A stretch of 59,152 nucleotides of DNA, the filler included. It is 5 parts of 5 records of this genome, joined end to end, with 100 filler letters (N's around TTAATTAATTAA, not from the genome) between each part and the next. Parts side by side here need not be neighbours in the genome. Positions count along the whole stretch, not along the records: positions 1 to 11,456 come from SRR31147125_3211; positions 11,557 to 19,920 come from SRR31147125_3215; positions 20,021 to 33,842 come from SRR31147125_3219; 2 more parts are not named here. One strand, given 5' to 3'. Below, one piece after another: positions 11,434-22,295 of the stretch (positions are counted from its first letter, which is position 1; each line of letters opens with the position of its first letter). Under the pieces are notes generated by a model. It worked only from the letters and a program-made list of their open reading frames with translations, was not told where the DNA came from and ran no database searches. The translations under genes and the position numbers were made by a program.

Positions 11434-11456
11434 TGACAGGGTTTAAAACCCTGTCA
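11434..11456. repeat. REP-like palindrome at the contig end
   Basis: TGACAGGGTT-taa-AACCCTGTCA; the contig breaks exactly here. Confidence 0.6.
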
Positions 11457-11556
11457 NNNNNNNNNNNNNNNNNNNNNNNNNNNNNNNNNNNNNNNNNNNN
11501 TTAATTAATTAANNNNNNNNNNNNNNNNNNNNNNNNNNNNNNNNNNNNNNNNNNNN
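11457..11556. other. Artificial contig spacer
   Basis: N44-TTAATTAATTAA-N44, giving stops in all six frames. Confidence 0.99.
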
Positions 11557-11586
11557 GGACAAGTTATTAAAAACCGATTCCTAAGC

Positions 11587-12654
11587 GTGGAGGAGACGAC
11601 ACTCACCATGGAACACTCAACAGAAAAGAAACTTGAAAGTCCGGAATACGTTCGTATGAGCCTGGCTGCAGCCATGACCCTGGGATTTAAACAAGGCTTA
11701 TTTTACAGAAATGCCAAGCTTTATTGCGTCAATCTTCTGCTGACATATCATGGCGGTTGTGCAGCCAGATGCACCTATTGCGGCCTTTCTGGAAAACGGG
11801 CCGGAAAATACAACGAGAAGAGCTTTATTCGGGTCACATGGCCGACTTACCCTCTCAATGAGATCATCGAACGGATTTCCCATCGGACAAACAGGGTCAA
11901 ACGGATCTGCATCTCTCAGATCACCAACAAACGAGCCATCGACGATACGGTAGATATCTGTCGAAAGTTACGCGAAAGCTTTGATATCCCTGTTTCCGTT
12001 CTGGTCTCCCCGACCATTCTCCATCGGAACGATTTAATGGACTTGAAAATCGCGGGCGCAGATAAGATCGGCGTGGCGATGGATCTTGCCACACCTGAGC
12101 TGTTCGATCACTACCGCGGAAGCGGAGTTCAAGGACCTCACTCATGGGCGACGTATCAGAGGTGTCTATCCGATGCCATTGACATTTTCGGTTCAGGAAA
12201 TGCCGGATCCCATTTCGTAACCGGCATGGGGGAGAGTGAAAAGGAGATGGTGGAGATGATTCAGACGATTCAGGATATGGGGGGATGGACCCATCTTTTC
12301 TCCTATTATCCTGAGCCGGGGTCTGCCATGGGAGAGCATCCCATGCCGAGTATGGATCATTACCGCAGGATTCAGCTGGCCCGATACCTGATTGACGAAA
12401 ACATCTGTCGCGACGATTTTTTTACCTATGACGCGAATCATCAAATCGTCGATTTCGGCATCGATGATGACCAATTGAACGAAATCATCGACTCGGGTGA
12501 ACCATTTCGCACCAGCGGTTGTGAAGGATATGACGGTGAAGTTGCCTGCAACAGACCCTATGCCAACTCCAGACCGGGTGGGGAAATACGTAATTTTCCA
12601 TTTTCACCCAATCGAGAGGATATTGAATTGATTCGAAGCCAATTGAATCAATAG
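11587..12654 (+). CDS. Radical SAM protein, biotin-synthase-related, LipS2-like (alternative lipoyl synthesis)
   Basis: CAARCTYC (CxxxCxxC); C-terminal TSGC..CNRP motif. The true start may be the ATG at 11608. Confidence 0.75.
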   Translation: MEETTLTMEHSTEKKLESPEYVRMSLAAAMTLGFKQGLFYRNAKLYCVNLLLTYHGGCAARCTYCGLSGKRAGKYNEKSFIRVTWPTYPLNEIIERISHRTNRVKRICISQITNKRAIDDTVDICRKLRESFDIPVSVLVSPTILHRNDLMDLKIAGADKIGVAMDLATPELFDHYRGSGVQGPHSWATYQRCLSDAIDIFGSGNAGSHFVTGMGESEKEMVEMIQTIQDMGGWTHLFSYYPEPGSAMGEHPMPSMDHYRRIQLARYLIDENICRDDFFTYDANHQIVDFGIDDDQLNEIIDSGEPFRTSGCEGYDGEVACNRPYANSRPGGEIRNFPFSPNREDIELIRSQLNQ

Positions 12655-12679
12655 GGGACCGAGCAGAGTCGCCCGGTGC

Positions 12680-14764
12680 CTAAGTATTACAATCGGCATC
12701 ATTCAGCGTTTCACGCACCTTGATGAATAGATCATTTTCCGAAAAAGGCTTCTGGAGAAAATTTACCCCCTCATTCAAAATGTCATGATGGGCGATGACG
12801 TTGGCAGTATACCCGGACATAAACAGATATTTTAGGCTTGGATAGAGAGGCTGCAAATATTGCACCAATTCAACACCATTCATATCGGGTAGAACCACGT
12901 CCGTTATCAGCAGGTGGATCCGGTCTCCATACTCTCGCGCCAGGTCAATGGCCTGGCTCGGCTTGATTGCAGTCAGAACGCTATACCCCTGGCTTTCCAG
13001 CATCGTTTTGATCATGTCCAAAATCATCGGTTCGTCTTCGAGCAGCAGAATGGTTTCACTTCCTTTCACATCGGATGCCGCAATGCTTTTTTCAAGACCC
13101 TGCTCATCAACGATCCTATAACGGGGAAGGTATATTTTGAACGTCGTACCAATGTCCGGCTCACTGTAAACATTGATACAACCGCAGTTCTGTTTTACGA
13201 TTCCGTATACTGTAGCCAGACCAAGCCCGGTTCCCCGGTCCGTATCCTTGGTGGTAAAAAAAGGTTCAAAAATTTTCTGTAATGTCTCTTCGTCCATTCC
13301 GCAGCCGTCATCACTAACCGACAAAAAGACGAAATCACCGGGAATAAAGCCCGGATGGTTCTTGCAAAAGCTGTTATCGAATCCAACCATGCCGGTTTCA
13401 ATGGTAAGCCTGCCCACCCCTTGGATTGCGTCCCTTGCATTGACACAAAGGTTAACCAGGATTTGGTCAATCTGGGACGGATCAATTTTGATCGACCACA
13501 AGTCCTTTGCCGGCAGCCAGATGAGATGGATATCTTCTCCGATGAGACGCTGGATCATGTTGAGCATATTCGTTAAGGACTTGTTCAGGTCAAGTACCTT
13601 CGGTGCAATGGGTTGCTTGCGGGCAAAAGCCAGCAACTGACGGGTAATGTCTGCGGAGCGATGGGCGGCTTTCATGATTTCCCGTATGGCCTTATGCGGG
13701 CGCCGGGCCGGGTCCGTCCACTTGAGAGCTATTTCAGCATATCCGAGAATCACGCTGAGCATATTATTGAAATCATGCGCTACGCCACCGGCCAGACGAC
13801 CCACTGCTTCCATCTTCTGGGCCTGAAGAAGTTGTCTTTCGAGTTTTTCTTTTTCCTTTTGAGCTGTGATTCGTTCCGTTATATCTTCGACGATTCCCTG
13901 AAAATGTGTTATGAAACCGTTCTTATCCCTTCTGATGGATGTTTTTTCCTCAACCCACTTTATGCCACCTCCGGCCGTGACAATGCGGTAAGGTTCGAGA
14001 GTAAACTGTGTTCGTTCATTCTCCTTGCTGTAGCCGTCAACTTCACGTGTCATTTTTTTCAAATCTTCAGAATGAATGATTTGAGCGTATCGCATTTTCT
14101 CCGAAATAAAATCTTTTTCAGGGTATCCAAATAGTTTCTTTACATTTGGAGATACAAATGCAACAGGCCATCCCTCCTCATTTTTCCAACGAAAGGCAAC
14201 TCCGGGGCTTCGGCTGATAATATCATAGGCCTCCTTCAATTCATATTCAGTCTGGCGGCGTTCCTCAATCTCTTTTTTCAGATGCTCATTGGATAGACGC
14301 AGTTCGTTGGTGCGAATCAATACCTTTTCTTCCAGGGTGGTGTTGGCCTTTTGGAGGTCTATCTGAAGACGACTAACGGTGAGATGAGTTTTAACCCTTG
14401 CCAGTAATTCAATCGGTTCAACAGGCTTTGTAATAAAATCCACGCCACCCACTTCAAATCCTTTGGCTTTATCAAAGGCTTCATACAATGCGGACATAAA
14501 AATGACAGGGATGTCTTTAGTTTCTTCATCATCCTTTAATTTCAAACAAGTCTCATACCCGTCCATCCCCGGCATAAGGATATCCAACAAAATAAGATCC
14601 GGCATTGAGAGTGTCACCCGCTCTATGGCCTCTTTACCGTTTTTGGCAATGGAGACCCGATACCCTTGATTTTCAAGCGCGTTGTGAACGATATTGATAT
14701 TAGACGGAATATCATCGACAATCATGATGGTATATCTTTTGTCCCCATCCATTTTCAATTCCAT
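12680..14764 (-). CDS. Hybrid histidine kinase REC-PAS-HisKA-HATPase-REC
   Basis: IVDD..LLDILMP..KP; AHDFNNML; NLCVNARDA; GTGLGLA; C-terminal LLITDVVLP..QKPF. Confidence 0.95.
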   Translation of the reverse strand: MELKMDGDKRYTIMIVDDIPSNINIVHNALENQGYRVSIAKNGKEAIERVTLSMPDLILLDILMPGMDGYETCLKLKDDEETKDIPVIFMSALYEAFDKAKGFEVGGVDFITKPVEPIELLARVKTHLTVSRLQIDLQKANTTLEEKVLIRTNELRLSNEHLKKEIEERRQTEYELKEAYDIISRSPGVAFRWKNEEGWPVAFVSPNVKKLFGYPEKDFISEKMRYAQIIHSEDLKKMTREVDGYSKENERTQFTLEPYRIVTAGGGIKWVEEKTSIRRDKNGFITHFQGIVEDITERITAQKEKEKLERQLLQAQKMEAVGRLAGGVAHDFNNMLSVILGYAEIALKWTDPARRPHKAIREIMKAAHRSADITRQLLAFARKQPIAPKVLDLNKSLTNMLNMIQRLIGEDIHLIWLPAKDLWSIKIDPSQIDQILVNLCVNARDAIQGVGRLTIETGMVGFDNSFCKNHPGFIPGDFVFLSVSDDGCGMDEETLQKIFEPFFTTKDTDRGTGLGLATVYGIVKQNCGCINVYSEPDIGTTFKIYLPRYRIVDEQGLEKSIAASDVKGSETILLLEDEPMILDMIKTMLESQGYSVLTAIKPSQAIDLAREYGDRIHLLITDVVLPDMNGVELVQYLQPLYPSLKYLFMSGYTANVIAHHDILNEGVNFLQKPFSENDLFIKVRETLNDADCNT

Positions 14765-17126
14765 TATCTCATCACCTGTTGAAGATAGGATAGAATTCCC
14801 TTAGAATCATACTGTTGACAATATTGCCCGATTGCATGGCAAAATTGCCTGTAAGTCGCAGATTCCTCTACGAGATCATCAAGCTTTTTTCTCAATTCTC
14901 CAAAATAACCTGCCTCGGTTAAATCCATGATTTCATCCAGTACCTGGGGGCGGGAATAGGTTCCGATTTCGCTGTTTCCGTCGAGAACGAGGCCCCGGCT
15001 TCCCTTGTGCCTACCTCATCATATAGCCACTCAAGCTCAATTTGCTTTTTAATTTTTTCCAGCAGCAACGGTTCACTCACCGGCTTCGGAATAAACTCAT
15101 CACATAATGACTCAAATATCCTTCTACGGGCGTCATCCTTTACTGCAGCTGAAAACCCGATCGTCTTTACCTGTTGATGCGCTTGTGTCGCCTTGATTTT
15201 CTGCAAGGTCTCCGATCCATCCATGTCCGGCATGATCATATCCAAAATGATCAGGTCCGGCTTGAAAATGGTGACATTCCGGACGGTTTCCCGACCACTC
15301 GACGCTGTAAAGACTTGAAATCCCAGCGCGCTTAGCATATCAACCAACATGGAGAGATTTGCGGCATTATCGTCAACCGCCAGGATTTTCTTCTGCTCTC
15401 CTTTGTAACCGATCACGATCTGTTTCGTCTCTTCGGTGGAAATATCCGTCATCCCGGACACAGGCAATTCGACTTGAAAAGAAAAGAGACTGCCGGCGCC
15501 AACCTCACTTTTTATTGAAAGGTTTCCCTTCATCAGTTCAATCAGATGTCGAGTAATGGCCAATCCCAGGCCGGTGCCCTCCCGAGTTACGCTATCTTCG
15601 CCCAACTGGACAAAGGGGGCGAATATTTCCTCCATTTTATTTTCGGGAATCCCCACACCCTGATCCTCAATGTCGCATCTGAACGTGTTTGAGTCCTCTC
15701 CCGGATATCCGACCCGGAACGTTACACTTCCCCTATTGGTATATTTAAGTGCATTGTCCAATAGATTAAGCATGACCTGTCGAAGTCTTTTTTCATCGCC
15801 TTTGACGATGACAGGCAATGGGCCGATTTCTTCATACCTGAGCATGAGACTCTTTTCATCCGCCTTGATCTTGGTAATGTTATAAACTTCACTGATGAGA
15901 TTGGGCAGATGCAAACTCGTTTCAACGATATCGACTTTACCCAATTCAATTTTTCCGACGTCGAGAAGATCATCGATGAGTGCCATTAAATGTCTTCCGC
16001 TGCTGTCAATAATATCCAACTGTTCCTTCTGCACCTCGGTCATGTTTTTTTGTTTTTGTAAAATCTGCGAATACCCCAACATGGCATTGAGCGGTGTCCT
16101 GAGTTCGTGGCTCATACTGGAGAGAAATTGACTCTTGGCACGGCTTGCAGCTTCCGCAGCTTCTTTAGCCGTGCGAAGTTCCTCAGCTGCCTGCTTCTGT
16201 GCCGTAATATCTTCGAGAATAATGATAAAGCCACTGAATATCTCTCTCAGATCTTTTATTCGTGATAGATTGATACCGAAGTACCTGCTTTCATCCCCAT
16301 TCCGAACCTCCTTTTCGAAGCTGAAAAAAGCCGTGCTGCCCGCGATAAATTTTTCAAGATCATGAACCAGCCATGGAAAAATTTTGAAAATGGGTTCTCC
16401 GATAAAAATTTCGCCATTTTTCTCCGCCGTCTCTTTATTCGACGACGAATCAGAAGCCAGTGTCACTGTCTTCAGATAGTATTGTGCACCCTGGGTTCCT
16501 GGAGCATCCAACATGACCGAAGCCGCCAGATTCAAATCGGCGATCCGATTTTGTTCATCGATGATAAATACAGGATTTGGAACCCCTTCGAAAATTGTCA
16601 GATATCTGTCCTTTTCTCTGGACATGGCCCGATTGCGAACCTGGAGTTCCTCTATCAATACACTTTGATCCGTGTCTGCCCATTCCGCACAGAACGCAAC
16701 CATCATACGGTCGAACATGCGTGTAACGTATTTCAGGCACACCGTTTCATACTCGGATTCAAAAGAGCCATGCCTGACAAGGTCCAGCCAAGCCTGTTTG
16801 TAATAGATCATCAGCCCGTGAAACATCTCCAAACCGATACCCCTTGCCCTGTGCCGGATTGCCGTTTTCACCATAAAAGAGCAGAGTGGATCATGCCTGA
16901 AGTCATCGCCCTGTTTGAACTCGAAATCAGGATACTTGGTTTCCAGCCCCTTTATCAGCGCCCCTGAAAGCCCTCTGACACATCTACGCCAAGCTTCTTC
17001 GACCGAGGCACCATCTCCAATGTCAATGACTCTCTTGGCATAGTGAAGCAGCCGTTGCATCAGCCAATCTTCATGGTTGATTAAGAGTTCTTTTAACGGC
17101 GACATTTCATGGTACGAAGGATTCAT
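14764..17126 (-). CDS. Hybrid histidine kinase with an N-terminal globin-like (RsbRD_N-type) helical sensor, then PAS, HisKA, HATPase and REC; 1-nt indel near 14946
   Basis: SHELRTPLN, NLLDNALKYT, GTGLGL, ILDMIMP. An extra C in the C-run extends the frame (QVLDEIMDL..LQQVMR*) to a TAATG overlap with the next kinase. RBS AGGAAGG before the ATG at 17126. Confidence 0.88.
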
Positions 17127-17278
17127 GCGGATACCTTCCTTCCGGTCTTTCCAAGTCAAATCGTCACAATGGTAAGAATAAGCTCATAGGAATTAAAACG
17201 CTTCAAAGATCCCGTACATTACTTGAACGTAGGTTACTTAACATTGCTCAAACTTCAAGGAAAAAGTCAATCACTAAT

Positions 17279-17318
17279 TTCGGCATTGAGCTTCTCTCTT
17301 CGGCATTGGGCTTCTCTC
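17279..17318. repeat. 20-bp tandem direct repeat in the divergent promoter region
   Basis: TTCGGCATTGAGCTTCTCTC followed by TTCGGCATTGGGCTTCTCTC (1 mismatch). Confidence 0.85.
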
Positions 17319-17485
17319 TCGATCAGAGGCGAATCACCATTCATATCACTTCAAATTTGAAACAATTTATGTTAATCGTATTTATATGACCGAAACGGGT
17401 GGGCATCTGGAAAATATTAGAAAGATGGAAGCGACTCTCACGAAGATCATTGGTAAAAATCCTAAGTTGTAGGAGATAACTGATT

Positions 17486-18014
17486 ATGGAAAAAAGAATC
17501 GGATTTGAAGTGGATCACAGGTTTGATTCGAAAAAATGCCGTCATTACGTCAACGGTGTATATAGTGTGCTTCATTGCCACCATTATGCGATTCTTTATA
17601 CCCAGCTTGCGTATGATGCCGAACAATTCGATGGAGTACGTTGCCTTACGGAGGTCTCGGAGGATGTGTTTTACGATGTACTGAATAAGTATTTCACGGA
17701 AAGAGGAATTACCGCGGTGGAAGACAAGATTACCATTGCTCAGGAATATTGGCAGGCTGTGGGGATGGGGCTTATTCGCTTTACAGGTATTGGGAAATAT
17801 GAGGCAGCAGCAGAGATGGAGTACAGCCACCTGGACGAAGGCTGGCTCAAGAAATGGGGAGCCAATGATAAGCCGGTGAACTTCTTCACTGTGGGGTTTG
17901 TCGCGGCTGTGGTTGCATTGGCCAACAACACCCCCCCGGACATTTCGGGTCACGGAAACCAAGTCACTGGTGTGCGGAGATGATAAATCGGAATTCACGG
18001 CAGTTCCGAGATGA
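17486..18014 (+). CDS. Stand-alone V4R (4-vinyl reductase / H-NOX-like fold) protein 1; 1-nt indel in C7 at about 17931
   Basis: RBS AGGAG; VLHCHHY; GMGLIRF; GFVAAV. The shifted frame gives the V4R C-terminus RTFRVTETKSLVCGDDKSEFTAVPR*. Confidence 0.75.
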
Positions 18015-18114
18015 TAAGCGTTTCCAGGGTTTCCGAGGTCATCTGTTTTGGATTGATAAACCCGAACCGCGCAGAACCCGTTAAACGTAAGTATGAGTCA
18101 CACAGGAGGAATCT

Positions 18115-18723
18115 ATGGCTATCAACAGGGAAAAGATCATTGAAGAAATATCAAAAATAAGGGTTGTCGGAAATGAAGAAGGGCTTATTCCCATATTTGG
18201 AGTCTATGTTCAGCAGCTTCCGGGTGAGTTCTGGAACGGTTTTGCCCGCCGGATTGTCAACACTGTTTCCGAAGACTTGGTGGAGGTAGCCGAGGGGCTT
18301 CTTGTAAATGCGGCCCAGGAATGCGCGTATCATACAGGTCATGGACTGATGAACTCGGATGAGTGGAATAATTTCGTGAGCCCCATGATTGAGAAAGACC
18401 CCGAGGACACCCTTCACGCTGCGTTCGCGCTGATCAGCGCTTTGGGATGGGGGCAGGCAGAAATACAGGAACTCGTTCCGAATCAAAAGCTGATCGTGCG
18501 GACTTACGATTGCTATGAGAGTGAAGTGATGTTTTATGGGACACCCAAGCGTCCAACCTGTTATGCGATGCGAGGTATCTGCGCGGCCTTTATGGACCTT
18601 GCATACGGGGGAACTTATGATGATACTTCGAAGACCGGCATACGAACTTTCAAGGGCGAGCAAACCAGGGGAGTTGAAGTCGGCGACGAGTATGGAGAAT
18701 TTGTAGCCACCAGGGCAAGCTGA
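18115..18723 (+). CDS. Stand-alone V4R-fold protein 2
   Basis: RBS AGGAGG; ECAYHTGHG; LGWGQAEI; CYAMRGICAAFM; EQTRGVEVGDEYGEF (V4R E..C...GD..CEF variant). Confidence 0.75.
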   Translation: MAINREKIIEEISKIRVVGNEEGLIPIFGVYVQQLPGEFWNGFARRIVNTVSEDLVEVAEGLLVNAAQECAYHTGHGLMNSDEWNNFVSPMIEKDPEDTLHAAFALISALGWGQAEIQELVPNQKLIVRTYDCYESEVMFYGTPKRPTCYAMRGICAAFMDLAYGGTYDDTSKTGIRTFKGEQTRGVEVGDEYGEFVATRAS

Positions 18724-18817
18724 TGGGGCGTCAGGAAGAAATATATGGAATACGCGAAAGATTAAACGCCCGCCGGAAATAAACTAAACTCAAGTATTTA
18801 AAACAGTTAACCGTTTC

Positions 18818-19920
18818 TTAACTGTTTTTTTGAACAATGGTGGGAGATGGTGACAATGCCTTACGTATGGCTCTTGCCACATCACTGCGAATGACCGGTT
18901 TCATTATGAAGTCACGAATTCCCATGGCACGGGCCTTTTCTATTTCATCTGGACGACAAAATCCGGTAATGATGATCACAGGAATATCCGGTCTGAGCGC
19001 CATAAACTGTCCGGCGAGCTCAAGACCATTCAGATTGGGCATTACCAGGTCGGAGAGTATGATATCAAAATTTTCCGGGGCCGCTCTAAAGGCGACCAGG
19101 GCATCTTCACATGAAGTATAGGCCGTGACATGATACCCTAATTCTTCAAGTATGTTACAACACATTTCACAAATTACTTTTTCATCATCCACCAGCAGAA
19201 TGCGCTCCTGACCTGTGAGTACAGGACTTTCACACAGATCCTTTTTTTCAATTTTAGGGATATGGTCAACTGTTGGAAAATCAATAATGAACCTGCTGCC
19301 CTTTCCGATTTCACTTTCCATTGAAATCTGACCGCCCAGATCTTTCACAATACCATAAACCGTTGCAAGTCCCAGACCGGTTCCCTCTTCTTTGTTTTTT
19401 GTTGTGAAATAGGGTTCGAAAATTCTTGCCGATATTTCCCGGCTCATTCCACAGCCCGTATCACTGACTTCAAGCCTGACACTTTCACTACTTTGAAGTC
19501 CAATATCTTTCGGAATATCCGTATCTCTGAGCGATACGCTGAGAATGCCTCCCTTATCCTGCATTGCATGAAACGCATTGGTGCAGAGATTCATAAGCAC
19601 CTGATGAATCTCCACAGGATCAGCGGATATCAAGCTGTCTGATTGTACCTTATTCCGAATTTCAATGGTGGGAGGAAAGGCAGAGCCCATGAGTTTCAAC
19701 ACTTCTTTCACAACAAATTTAATACAGATCGGCTGACGCTCTTTCTCTGTCTGACGGCTGAAGTTGAGAATTTGGCTGATCAGTTCTTTGGCCCGGTGAC
19801 TCGCCTTTAAGATTTTTTTCATATAGTACCATTCCCGACTTTCAGGAGACAATCTGTTAAGGATCAGTTCTGAATATCCGCTCATGGCAAACAGAATATT
19901 GTTGAAATCATGGGCAATAC
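18818..19920 (-). CDS. Hybrid histidine kinase HisKA-HATPase-REC (5' part beyond the contig end)
   Basis: IAHDFNNIL at the contig edge; NLCTNAFHA; GTGLGL; ILSDLVMP..MKP. Confidence 0.93.
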
Positions 19921-20020
19921 NNNNNNNNNNNNNNNNNNNNNNNNNNNNNNNNNNNNNNNNNNNNTTAATTAATTAANNNNNNNNNNNNNNNNNNNNNNNN
20001 NNNNNNNNNNNNNNNNNNNN
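19921..20020. other. Artificial contig spacer
   Basis: N44-TTAATTAATTAA-N44. Confidence 0.99.
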
Positions 20021-20896
20021 TGAGGCTGGGAAAAACCCTGTCCTCTTGATTTGTGCCACAACTTCAAGAACACGCTGTTTAACACTTTCCAACCCATAAA
20101 ACTCTTCGTCGAGAAGTTTTTGCGTTTGTACTATTTCCGGAACAGATATAGGTGATAAGTTCCAGTCAATGTTGAGAATATACGTAAGCGCCCTGAGAAT
20201 GTGCTTCTTTTCTTCATTACTCGTTTTGGTGTTTTCAAATACATTCAGATTATGTTCAGCCCAAGCTTTGATATCCTGTCGATACATTCTTCCGCAGGTT
20301 GCGAGCAGGAACTTCAGCTCATTGGCATTAGAAAAAATGACAGGCTTTTCCCATTCATAATCATCGCTACAAGTTATGCTTAACAGTAAACGATTGATCA
20401 CTTTTTTAAGGTGTATATTTGTCATTTCTCCGTTCAAGAGCCGTGATAACTCATTTTCGTCTTTTTTTACCGATTCTATATCTAAACCAAGAACCTGATA
20501 GTGCCCCTTGCTACTTTTCCCGATAAGCCGCAGCGGCTTCTGCGTATCATCGAAATATTTAAATAGCGGCAGGAGACGAGGATCCATCTGATCGGACACA
20601 AGGCATTCATCCATGCAGAATTCGTCGCCTTCAAAGACGGCACCGGCGCAATGAGGTGTCTCATCGTCCGACGAATCATCGGTCTCATCCGCTGTTTCGA
20701 GCCTGAACATCACTTGATCCCTAAATAAGACAAAGCGACCTGAGATATTAGTGATTTCTTCACCTTGCAACCAATCCGGAAGTAGAAAATCCATTAGAAA
20801 TCCGTGATTTGCACCGCAATGCGTTCTTCCCGATACATGTTCTACCGCAGTCGAAACAGGATCTACCATGCTTTTATTAAGATTGCCATCCTTCAT
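20021..20896 (-). CDS. Lon-like AAA+ protein with an atypical N-terminal domain (3' truncated by the contig end)
   Basis: IDW..LLDEEFYGLESVKQRVLE matches the Lon pre-AAA helix (LPW..LDEDHYGLEKVKERILE); RBS GGAGG. Confidence 0.7.
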
Positions 20897-21007
20897 CTAT
20901 TAACACCTCCCTAATGCTTTCCCCTATATTTCGCGGCGGTATCTAGATATCGCTGTTCGTCCTGAGAAGGGTTACTCAAACAGGTATATGCTGTCATTGC
21001 CGCTATT

Positions 21008-21036
21008 TATATAATACGCATACTTGTAAATTGCAA
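21008..21036 (-). promoter_or_regulatory. Probable sigmaA promoter for the Lon-like gene
   Basis: Minus strand TTGCAA-17 nt-TATATA; a near-palindrome CGGTATCTAGATATCG lies downstream at about 20937-20952. Confidence 0.4.
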
Positions 21037-21049
21037 TAAATGTCCCTGA

Positions 21050-22282
21050 TTACTCACCTAAAAGTGTATAGAATTCAGAGTTCTCGCTTATAAAAACTAC
21101 CTTCCGGTTTACTCCCGCATTCGCATTCTGTGTACCATCAGGGTTAAGGTCTTCTACATGCCAGGGATCTTCATAACCCAAACCGATCGTTTGCAACTGC
21201 AAAGGATTAACACCTAATTCAATTAGAGTATCCCGTACTGTATCCGCACGCTTCTGACTGAGTTTGATGCAATAATCTGGATCCGCAAGAAACGTAGCTG
21301 TTGTGCCTACCAACAGCGCTTTGAAGTCGGAATGATTCATCATGTATTCAGCCACCGGCTGAAGTGTCTTTATCGCTGCCTCTTTGTTGATAAATTTGCA
21401 GGAATCTCCGACAAAAGCCACCCGATCTTCATTAAAGACGATCGTTTCCGGAACGCTTGGCACCGAAGCTTCGATATCCGGCTCGGCAAGTAGCGGCACC
21501 GGTGATACATACGGCAGGTCCTTTTCGGTCAGCGCAGACACGGAAAGCGCGCCAGAGAAATATACGGAATTGGCATTTGCCGATGTCAGGACTGCTTTCC
21601 AGATATTCCGAAGGTTTTCAAGCTGCTTCGGCGATAAATCCGCCTGCGGGGCCTCAGTGTCTCCCAGCCCAAACCATACTACCGATATGCCCGTCAGGTC
21701 GGGAATGGCACTCATGTCGGCAAGCTGTTCGCAGAGCACCTGCGCATCCGACTCAATTAGGTTATTTTTAAAATTAAGGCTGCCCGTTGTACTCAGCCCA
21801 GTATCAAATATCACTATATGCTTGACTTCGCTTTGATTGTCTTGCAGAGTACGCGCAGCCAAACGTATTGCCGCCAGCGTATCCACTTCGGGCGTTACCG
21901 CCGACGCCTGATAAAGCAGCTGCTGTATCAGCGTCGTCTGTTCCGTAGCAATTTGCCGCAATTTGTTATCCGACAGGCCGCTTTTAGATGGTGTGTTTAT
22001 TTCGAGTTCCGTTTCACAATAAGGGTCACCGTCTACTATAATTAAAGATACTGCGCCAAACGTCTCGGCCACCTTTGTAATCAGTTCAGTTGCTTCATCC
22101 GCTTGTAGAGGAAGCTCCTGAGAATTTGCGTGATTTCCCACAAGCACCGCGACGGCTGTCGGTTCCACTGTTTTTGCTTCACATCCCGCGAGATACAATA
22201 CGATAATCAGAGCAATGATTAGAAAAAAGATCACTTTAAACAGTTTTTTGATAAGGTTAAACAAACCGGTGAGCAGGAACAT
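21050..22282 (-). CDS. Lipoprotein with a vWA-like domain and a C-terminal OmpA/MotB-like peptidoglycan-binding domain
   Basis: Lipobox LAGC; VDTLAAIRLAAR..HIVIFDTGLST (vWA-like); LSQKRADTVRDTL..GLG..NRKV (OmpA_C). Confidence 0.8.
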   Translation of the reverse strand: MFLLTGLFNLIKKLFKVIFFLIIALIIVLYLAGCEAKTVEPTAVAVLVGNHANSQELPLQADEATELITKVAETFGAVSLIIVDGDPYCETELEINTPSKSGLSDNKLRQIATEQTTLIQQLLYQASAVTPEVDTLAAIRLAARTLQDNQSEVKHIVIFDTGLSTTGSLNFKNNLIESDAQVLCEQLADMSAIPDLTGISVVWFGLGDTEAPQADLSPKQLENLRNIWKAVLTSANANSVYFSGALSVSALTEKDLPYVSPVPLLAEPDIEASVPSVPETIVFNEDRVAFVGDSCKFINKEAAIKTLQPVAEYMMNHSDFKALLVGTTATFLADPDYCIKLSQKRADTVRDTLIELGVNPLQLQTIGLGYEDPWHVEDLNPDGTQNANAGVNRKVVFISENSEFYTLLGE

Positions 22283-22295
22283 GCGGATCGCCTCC

